Positions 25,980 through 32,284 of a stretch of DNA of 32,284 bases are shown here, piece by piece (within the stretch, counting starts at the first letter, position 1; each line of letters starts with the position of its first letter). Made by a program: the position numbers and the translations under genes. The stretch comes from an uncultured Methanosarcinales archaeon (lineage in GTDB: Archaea; Nanobdellota; Nanobdellia; Woesearchaeales; CAYVYK01). The stretch spans positions 202,463 through 234,746 of the forward strand of contig CAYVYK010000001.1 of assembly GCA_964455675.1 (NCBI GenBank), read 5' to 3'. A model generated the notes under the pieces. That model made no database searches and had not been told where the DNA came from. It worked only from the letters and a program-made list of their open reading frames with translations.

Positions 25980-28352
25980 TTAAACCTCGATGTGCAATTC
26001 TCCCCATTCCACCTTTTGGATGTTATGGGTTGTGGTGATATCTGCGATGATCGTCCTAAAAATCTCAGGAAGGATGACGCGGCTTAATGGCTCCTTGAGG
26101 CTTTTGCCCGCGTCTTGTTTTGCTTTCCAGAGCTGCCTGTTGAGTTCCATAATATCATTTGTGGTAAACGCAAGGTTGTGCAGCTTCTCTGCAGAAGGGA
26201 AAGTCTCTTTGTGGATGTCCTGCTTGTGGAGTTCATGGTAAATAGTCGCCGTGATGAATGGTACGACAGGTGCCATGATAAGGAGTATTCGATCGAGGCA
26301 GTAATTCAGCGTTTCGATGGCGCCGTTCCGCTCTGCCGGACTGAATTTGCCGTCCCTGTTGTATGCTCTGTTCTTGACGAGTTCAAGGTAGTGTGATGCG
26401 AATGTTTCCCAGATGAAGTGTTTGACTTGTGTGCTGGGATTATGGAAGTCATATTGTGCATACAGTTCATGTGCAAGTGAGACGAGCCTGTTCACTTCAT
26501 TCCTGATCCAGAGGTCCGTTGGGAGGAGATTAACTTCTGTTCCATCGTACTCAAACGAACTGATGAATCGTGCGACGTTCCAGAGCTTGACGAGTGTCTT
26601 ATGGGCTCCTTCGATCCGCTCAAGTGAGCACCGGAAGTCTGCTTTCGTGAGGTTTCCTTCGACGGCGCTCCAAAGGCGCAATGGCTCAGCACCGAATTTA
26701 TCGATAACCTGCATAGGGTCAATCACGTTGCCTTTGCTTTTGCTCATCTTCTTTCCTTTGTCATCGACGATGTGGTAGTTGATCCATACGTCTTGGAAGA
26801 TGAGTTTTCCCGTGAGGAGATAATCCTTAAGGATTGTATAATAGAGCCACGTCCTGATGATTTCCTTTCCCTGCGGCCGGAGTGTGCAAGGCTGGTGTTT
26901 GGTAAAAAACTCTTTGTTTCGTTCGTACATGAGGATGTAGAGTGGCGAGATGCTTGAGTCAAACCAAGTGTCAAATACTCTCGTTTCACCGACGGTATCC
27001 GTGCTTCCGCAGGTGCATGTTCCAGGGTATGGTTCCTTCCATGGTTGATAATATTTGCCTTTTGGAGGAAGGAGTGTCTTCTGGCATTTTTTGCAGTGCC
27101 AGAGAGGGATTTCTGTGGCATAATACCTTCTGCGGGATATCGGCCAGTCGATGCTGACGCTTTCGATCCAGTCGAGGAATATCTGTCGTGATTCGTCTGC
27201 AAAGAAGTTAAGTTTCTTCGCGAGCTCTTTCATAGTCTCTTTATACTCAAGTTGTTTGACGTAGTATTCTCGCATGGATATGAATTCAATCGGGTCCTTG
27301 CTGCGTTCGCAGATTGGTGTGCGATGGAGAATTTTACGTTGTTTGACAAGGAGGCCTTTTTCGTCGAGTCTTGTGATCATCTCTTTTCGTGCTTCCGCTA
27401 CTTTCAGTCCTTTGAGGAATGCTGCATTGTCATTCATTCGTCCATCAGCATTGATGGCAATGATTGGTTTGATTTGCATGTCACGGAAGAATCTGATATC
27501 TGAAGTGTCCCCTGCCGAACACATCATGACGATTCCTGTCCCCTTTTCTGGATCGGCGAGTGTGTGGGGCTGGATTGGTACCTCGCGCTCGAAGAGCGGT
27601 GTGATAGCCCTCTTTCCGGAGAGATGCTGGTATCTCTCGTCGCTCGGATGGTAGATGACCATGCCGCACGTGCAGACAAGTTCTGGTCTCGTTGTTCCGA
27701 TGATGATCCTTTCTCCCGTTTCTTTCACCGTGAAAACGATGTCGTTGAAATCTGTGGAAAGATTTTCGTACTCAATCTCCGCGTCCGCAATTGTGGTTTG
27801 GCATCCTGGGCAGTAATTGTTGATCCGTTCGTCCTCGTAGATGAGCCCTTTGTCCCAGAGGTCAATGAATGTGCCTTGCGTGATTGCTCGATACTCTGGA
27901 CTATCGGTGTGATAAACATCTCCAATGGACTCTCCTCGTTTCCATGAGTTGAAGCTGATGCCAAGGCGAAGGAATGTTTCAGTGCTTGCTGCTGAGCATT
28001 TCTCAAGAATCTTTCTGCAGTATTCGACTGCTTGTTCCCTGCCAACGTCGCTCAATTTTACCTTAAACTCCCGCTCTGCTGCAATCTCGATGGGCAGTCC
28101 ATTCCGGTCAAGTCCAAGGGGAAAGAGTATGTTCTTTCCATTCATGCGGTTATACCGCGCGAACATATCCATAAGGATGTATGTTGTTGCCTGCCCGATA
28201 TGTATTGGCATGTTGACATAAGGTGGTGGAGTATCGATGCTATAGACTGGTTGATGTGATCGGTCGTCAAACGCATATGCGTGCGTATCCTTCCAAGTAT
28301 CATAAAGTGGCTTTTCAAGTTCCTTTGCCCAGTGTTTTTGCTCTATAGCCAT
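25980..28352 (-). CDS. valS: Valine--tRNA ligase
   Basis: Start ATG 28352 (MAIEQKHW). SIDTPPPY, HIGQ, TTRPEL, GTGIVM, DTWFDSS, KMSKSKGN. The 910-aa ORF extension overlaps rfcL and is spurious. Confidence 0.96.
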   Translation of the reverse strand: MAIEQKHWAKELEKPLYDTWKDTHAYAFDDRSHQPVYSIDTPPPYVNMPIHIGQATTYILMDMFARYNRMNGKNILFPLGLDRNGLPIEIAAEREFKVKLSDVGREQAVEYCRKILEKCSAASTETFLRLGISFNSWKRGESIGDVYHTDSPEYRAITQGTFIDLWDKGLIYEDERINNYCPGCQTTIADAEIEYENLSTDFNDIVFTVKETGERIIIGTTRPELVCTCGMVIYHPSDERYQHLSGKRAITPLFEREVPIQPHTLADPEKGTGIVMMCSAGDTSDIRFFRDMQIKPIIAINADGRMNDNAAFLKGLKVAEARKEMITRLDEKGLLVKQRKILHRTPICERSKDPIEFISMREYYVKQLEYKETMKELAKKLNFFADESRQIFLDWIESVSIDWPISRRRYYATEIPLWHCKKCQKTLLPPKGKYYQPWKEPYPGTCTCGSTDTVGETRVFDTWFDSSISPLYILMYERNKEFFTKHQPCTLRPQGKEIIRTWLYYTILKDYLLTGKLIFQDVWINYHIVDDKGKKMSKSKGNVIDPMQVIDKFGAEPLRLWSAVEGNLTKADFRCSLERIEGAHKTLVKLWNVARFISSFEYDGTEVNLLPTDLWIRNEVNRLVSLAHELYAQYDFHNPSTQVKHFIWETFASHYLELVKNRAYNRDGKFSPAERNGAIETLNYCLDRILLIMAPVVPFITATIYHELHKQDIHKETFPSAEKLHNLAFTTNDIMELNRQLWKAKQDAGKSLKEPLSRVILPEIFRTIIADITTTHNIQKVEWGELHIEV

Positions 28353-28376
28353 GACGATGTGTGGTTTGAAAGGTGC

Positions 28377-28430
28377 TTTATAAAACTTCGGTGCTGGCAC
28401 TAGCCACGTTCTGCCCAAAGGAATATATAA
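28377..28430. promoter_or_regulatory. Divergent TATA boxes for valS (28377-28385) and rfcL (28423-28430)
   Basis: TTTATAAAA about 25 nt before the valS ATG; ATATATAA about 22 nt before the rfcL ATG. Both spacings fit leaderless transcripts. Confidence 0.55.
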
Positions 28431-28451
28431 CAACTCTCCCTTCCGTAGTGC

Positions 28452-29660
28452 ATGGCACAGGGTGTACCATGGGTTCAGAAGTATCGCCCAGTTGCTCTGC
28501 AGGGTGTTGTGGGCCAGGATAAGGCTTTGCAGGAGCTGTTTTCGTTTCTTGATGCTTTTCCGAAGAGAAAAGCAGCGATGCTTCATGGTCCCACAGGGGT
28601 AGGGAAGACGATTGCAGTGCATGCTGCTGCGCGAAAGATGGATGTTGAGTTGCTTGAAGTAAACGCTTCTGATGCTCGTGATAAAGCAAGTATCTTGCAG
28701 CAGGTGGGGCAAGCTTCCCTTCAGCGTAGCTTTTTTGGTAAAGGGAAGATCATTCTAATAGATGAGATTGATGGAGTTTCTGGCCAGCAAGACCGTGGTG
28801 CGCTTCCCGCGGTTGTTTCCATTATCGAAAAGAGTGCAGTTCCTATTGTGTTGACTGCAAATGATATCTATGACTCTAAGTTCTCTGGACTGAGGTCGTC
28901 CTGCCAGCTGATAGATTTTCATGCGTTGAATTATGTGTCGATCACAAACATCCTCAAGTCAATTTGCGAGAAGGAAAAGTTATCAGTTGATGAAGAGCTG
29001 CTTAAGAGACTCGCAAGACGTGCTGGTGGCGATGCTCGGGCCGCGATTAATGATCTGCAAATCTTGAGTTTTGGGAACATTACTGCTGATGCGATTGATG
29101 CGCTTGCTGATCGTGCGAAGACTGAGAGCATTGTGCAGGCTCTGCTTAAAATACTCAAGTCTACCGATATGAAGCTGGCGCTTGGTGCGCTCGATACTGT
29201 TGATGAAGACATGGATACCGTAATGCTGTGGCTTGATGAGAACATTCCGCTGGAGTACACGTCCCCTGCTGATGTTGCTCGTGCCTATGATGCGCTGAGC
29301 AGGGCAGATATCTTTCAGTCAAGGATTACTCGTCGGCAGGAGTGGAGGTTTCTCGTGTATGTCAATGCACTGCTGACCGCAGGTGTTGCGCTCGCCAAGG
29401 ATGAAAAGTACAAAGCGTTCGTTCCCTACAAGCCTTCGATGCGAATTTTGCGAATGTGGCAGTTGAACCAAAAGCACGCCGTACGAAAGGAGATCGCTGG
29501 TCGTTTGGCACCGTTGATTCACATGTCCGCTCGGCGTCTGATCAATTCGGAAATGCCTTTCCTGATGGAATCTATGATGAAGAATCCTGCCCTTCTCGAA
29601 CTTGTTGCTGCGGAATGTGATCTTCCGCCTGCGCAATTTAAGAAGTGGATTGGCGGATGA
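28452..29660 (+). CDS. rfcL: Replication factor C large subunit
   Basis: WVQKYRP, GPTGVGKT, EVNASD, IDEIDG, GDARAAINDLQ, WLDENIP, LSRADIF. Confidence 0.95.
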   Translation: MAQGVPWVQKYRPVALQGVVGQDKALQELFSFLDAFPKRKAAMLHGPTGVGKTIAVHAAARKMDVELLEVNASDARDKASILQQVGQASLQRSFFGKGKIILIDEIDGVSGQQDRGALPAVVSIIEKSAVPIVLTANDIYDSKFSGLRSSCQLIDFHALNYVSITNILKSICEKEKLSVDEELLKRLARRAGGDARAAINDLQILSFGNITADAIDALADRAKTESIVQALLKILKSTDMKLALGALDTVDEDMDTVMLWLDENIPLEYTSPADVARAYDALSRADIFQSRITRRQEWRFLVYVNALLTAGVALAKDEKYKAFVPYKPSMRILRMWQLNQKHAVRKEIAGRLAPLIHMSARRLINSEMPFLMESMMKNPALLELVAAECDLPPAQFKKWIGG

Positions 29661-30402
29661 TTTCTCTAACTCGGTCACACATGCTGTAGAATTCGCTCTT
29701 GCGTTGCATGGAAAATCTTGGCTTCCCAAGAGTATTAGTCACTTCGCCGATGATGCGGCCTCCTGGTGCAAGGATGAGTATCCGATCTGACATGAGTACT
29801 GCTTCTTCGATGAGATGCGTGATGAGGATGTAGGATTCTGGATGTTTTGTTTCAAGCCAGATATCATAGATAAGCTTTTGAAGGTCCTCTGTTGTGATCT
29901 CATCGAGGGATGAGAACGGCTCGTCGAGAAGTACGATGTCGGGGCTGACAGCAAGCGCTCGTGCAATTCCTATTCTCTGTTTCATGCCTCCTGATAGCTC
30001 TGAGGGGTAAGAGTTTTCGTAATTGATCAGTCCCACTTTAGTGAGCCAAGCTCTGCTGATGGTGTTCTTCTGTTCTTTGGCTAGACCTAGTGATTCAAGG
30101 GCGAGTGTGATGTTTTCCCGTGCTGTTTTCCATGGTAGCAATGCATAATTCTGGAATACCATCGTGATGCTTGTGCTTGGTTCCGTTCTTGGAATGCCCT
30201 TATAGAAGATTTCTCCTTCGTCGGGTTGCTCAAGTCCGCAGATCATTCTCATGAGCGTTGTCTTGCCGCAACCGCTTGGTCCAAGGATCGCGAGAAATTC
30301 GCCCGCTTTGAGGTCGAAACTGAGGTTCTTGACGGCTACCCGGTCTCCACTCGTGTGCTTGTATATCTTTGTCACATTTTTGACTTCGATGAGCGCGTTC
30401 AT
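29638..30402 (-). CDS. ABC transporter ATP-binding protein, NitT/TauT (nitrate/sulfonate/anion) family
   Basis: GPSGCGKT, VFQNYALLPW, LSGGMKQR, LLDEPFSSLD, ITH..EEA. Confidence 0.93.
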   Translation of the reverse strand: MNALIEVKNVTKIYKHTSGDRVAVKNLSFDLKAGEFLAILGPSGCGKTTLMRMICGLEQPDEGEIFYKGIPRTEPSTSITMVFQNYALLPWKTARENITLALESLGLAKEQKNTISRAWLTKVGLINYENSYPSELSGGMKQRIGIARALAVSPDIVLLDEPFSSLDEITTEDLQKLIYDIWLETKHPESYILITHLIEEAVLMSDRILILAPGGRIIGEVTNTLGKPRFSMQRKSEFYSMCDRVREIIRQSTS

Positions 30403-32003
30403 TCAAGTTCCTCATGCATGTTGTACTCGGATTCTTCCTGAAGGAGTGGTTTCCAGAGGAGATAGTTGAAAAGGAGGATAAAGCCCGCCATATAGACGAG
30501 TGTGACAATGATCATGGCAAATTTTGATTCATTAGAAAGCACTTGTAGTGTGGATCCGACTCCCGGTACCGTTATCGCTACCCCTTCATGGACGACGTAT
30601 TCTGTGGCGACGATGACATTCCACCCCTGTGCAAATGCAAGCATACTTCCCATGATGAGCGCTGGGAAGAGTGCTGGGATGAGGAAGTGCCTCGCATATT
30701 GAAGCTTGTTGTATTTATGGTCAATGTGGAAATTACGTGCAAGATCATTGAGTTGTCCAGGGAGGTATGCCACGGCTTCTGCCAGGTAGATCATGATGCA
30801 CCATACCATTCCTAAAACGAGGATAATGAGTGTGCTGATCTCTGCCGAGACTTGTTGGGAGAACATGCTCATGGTGATGAACAGGACGACTGGTGCGAGC
30901 GCCAGATGCGGAACAGAGCATACCACGTCCATAATGCTAAGGACGGTCTCTCGTACTCTGGGGTGGGTGAAGATGAGGTAACACGCGCATAGCGCAATCG
31001 CCGCACTGATAACGTACGCAATCGTGATGCGCATGAAGGAGTAGAATGTTGCAGGGATAAGGATGCCAAGCTGCAGGAGGATATTAGGTTCAAGGATGAT
31101 GGCTAGGGAAACCAGGCCAACGATCACAATGATAAGCGTGGTTGAACTGTATCGAAAGACTGATTTCATGACTGCATGACTTGGGGGTTTTCGTGCAGTT
31201 AGTGTTTCTCGCGGGACGGGCACTGCTGTCTTGCTTTCTTTTCGGAATCCAAGGGTGAGTGCAAGGAACTTGTGTTCCTGGCTCATCTCTTCAAGCTTGT
31301 TCCATACAAAGTTGTCCATGAGCCACACGCAGATGCTAAGGATGAGGATTCCGAGGATGATCATGTAGACGTTTTTATGTACCATGGTTGCTTGATAGAG
31401 GTAATACCCCATGCCGAGTAAGTTGTAGCTATGGCGGTTGTACGAGATGATCTCGCTACCGACCGAAAAATACCATCCGATGCCAAACGCGAGGTCGCTG
31501 CTTGCGATAAGTGGCGGATAGATTGATGGAAGGATGACATGGCGGAAGTATTCCGTTTTGCTCATTCGGAAGATGTCTTTTAGGTCTTTGACGTGGGGTG
31601 GTATGGATTTGACTCCTGCGATAACTCCAAAGAGCAGGCACCATACCATGCTCAGGAAGAGTAGTACCATTGAGGATATTTCGAGCCCAAGGATGCTTTC
31701 GTTGAACGCTCTGATAAAGAGGACGAGGATCATAGGGAGAAACCCAAGGAGTGGGAGTGCTTGCAGTATCTCAAGGAAGGGCAGTGCAATCTCGGTAAGC
31801 TTTGGTCGCATCCCGATATAGACCCCAATAGTGATGCCAAGGAGCAGGCAGAGGAAGTATGTGAGTGCTATCCGAAGGAATGTTCGGAAGAGATAATAGG
31901 GTAGCATCCTGGTATCCGCCATATTCCAGGTTTTTGCGAAGAGGAAGACGAGTGCGCCCGCAAGCAGTATCCAGACAGTAATCGAGAGAGCTCTATGCTT
32001 CAC
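30399..32003 (-). CDS. ABC anion transporter permease with duplicated transmembrane domains
   Basis: Two permease repeats (LEILQALP...VILPSIYP...GWYF.V.SE and MDVVCSVP...LIPALFP...GWNVIVATE). GTG start with SD GAGGTGG; ATGA-coupled to the ATPase. Confidence 0.88.
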   Translation of the reverse strand: MKHRALSITVWILLAGALVFLFAKTWNMADTRMLPYYLFRTFLRIALTYFLCLLLGITIGVYIGMRPKLTEIALPFLEILQALPLLGFLPMILVLFIRAFNESILGLEISSMVLLFLSMVWCLLFGVIAGVKSIPPHVKDLKDIFRMSKTEYFRHVILPSIYPPLIASSDLAFGIGWYFSVGSEIISYNRHSYNLLGMGYYLYQATMVHKNVYMIILGILILSICVWLMDNFVWNKLEEMSQEHKFLALTLGFRKESKTAVPVPRETLTARKPPSHAVMKSVFRYSSTTLIIVIVGLVSLAIILEPNILLQLGILIPATFYSFMRITIAYVISAAIALCACYLIFTHPRVRETVLSIMDVVCSVPHLALAPVVLFITMSMFSQQVSAEISTLIILVLGMVWCIMIYLAEAVAYLPGQLNDLARNFHIDHKYNKLQYARHFLIPALFPALIMGSMLAFAQGWNVIVATEYVVHEGVAITVPGVGSTLQVLSNESKFAMIIVTLVYMAGFILLFNYLLWKPLLQEESEYNMHEELE

Positions 32004-32087
32004 CGCACCACCTCTTTTTCTCCTTATCTGATTTGGCCATTTATAATACTTTCCGGGCTCAAATCCTGCATATGACCTTCCCGAACA

Positions 32088-32096
32088 TTTTTAAAG
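32088..32096 (+). promoter_or_regulatory. TATA box of the tRNA gene
   Basis: TTTTTAAA about 26-34 nt upstream of the tRNA 5' end. Confidence 0.55.
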
Positions 32097-32121
32097 CCCG
32101 CCAAACTACAATCCACTCTGC

Positions 32122-32194
32122 ACGGCCGTGGTCTAGTGGCTATGACGTCGGTCTCACTCACCGAAGATCCCCGGTTCGAATCCGGGCGGCCGTA
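32122..32194 (+). tRNA. tRNA-Val(CAC), intronless, CCA not encoded
   Basis: Acceptor ACGGCCG/CGGCCGT plus A73; D arm GTCT-AGTGGCTA-TGAC; anticodon stem TCGGT/ACCGA with loop CT-CAC-TC; T arm CCCGG-TTCGAAT-CCGGG. Confidence 0.88.
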
Positions 32195-32236
32195 TGGTTG
32201 TTGGTGCGGAGCACGTTTCTTGTTGTGTGTGTTGTT

Positions 32237-32284
32237 GATTCGAACCGGGCTTGGAGTGTTAGCGAGATTGCCCGGTTCGAATCC
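32237..32284. repeat. tRNA T-arm-derived inverted repeat, cut by the window end
   Basis: GATTCGAACCGGGC (32237-32250) and GCCCGGTTCGAATC (32270-32283) are perfect reverse complements. 32271-32284 duplicates tRNA positions 32170-32183. Confidence 0.8.

Noticed and set aside
28353..28712. 120-aa N-terminal extension of ValS in the 910-aa ORF
   Set aside because: It is antisense to rfcL and spans the divergent promoters; ValS similarity and a TATA box support ATG 28352.
32052..32068. T-arm-like CCGGGCTCAAATCC upstream of the tRNA
   Set aside because: Imperfect stem and no other tRNA arms; likely chance.
32152..32160. Reading the tRNA anticodon as UCA (Sec or opal suppressor)
   Set aside because: Stem geometry centres the 7-nt loop on CAC; there is no long variable arm or extended acceptor stem; TGA is used as a normal stop throughout.
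1..32284. CRISPR arrays, transposases, integrases, rRNA genes, defence systems
   Set aside because: No spaced direct repeats or matching protein/RNA motifs were seen.

Overview
Archaeal chromosomal window, most likely DPANN (Woesearchaeota-like). This placement is inferred from the fused PriS-PriL primase, the N-extended uS14 and a 'CxDSD...CxxGCxxGxC' surface module. The core is the complete S10/spc ribosomal protein cluster on the minus strand, uL3 to uL15, including aIF1/SUI1 and RNase P Rpp29. To its left are secY, a DUF106/EMC3-family insertase, tbp, mcm and a truncated CPA2 antiporter. To its right are the primase, a Toprim protein, a GT-C membrane protein, a CBS-KaiC fusion, gatA/gatC, valS, RFC-L, a NitT/TauT-type ABC pair and tRNA-Val(CAC). 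Signals the ORF track does not explain: (1) ORB-like boxes and an AT-rich tract upstream of tbp-mcm, a candidate origin without an adjacent cdc6; (2) an unlisted 46-aa stand-alone TFIIB-type zinc ribbon after gatA; (3) a CBS-KaiC protein with a degenerate Walker B, coupled to a GT-C gene; (4) a secreted DUF1554/endostatin-like gene inserted antisense between uL15 and secY; (5) a structured leader upstream of uL3; (6) a symmetric bidirectional promoter shared by the primase and Toprim genes; (7) an atypical tRNA-Val (U37, A1:U72) followed by a T-arm-derived hairpin at the window end. All calls come from reading motifs by eye; no searches were run.
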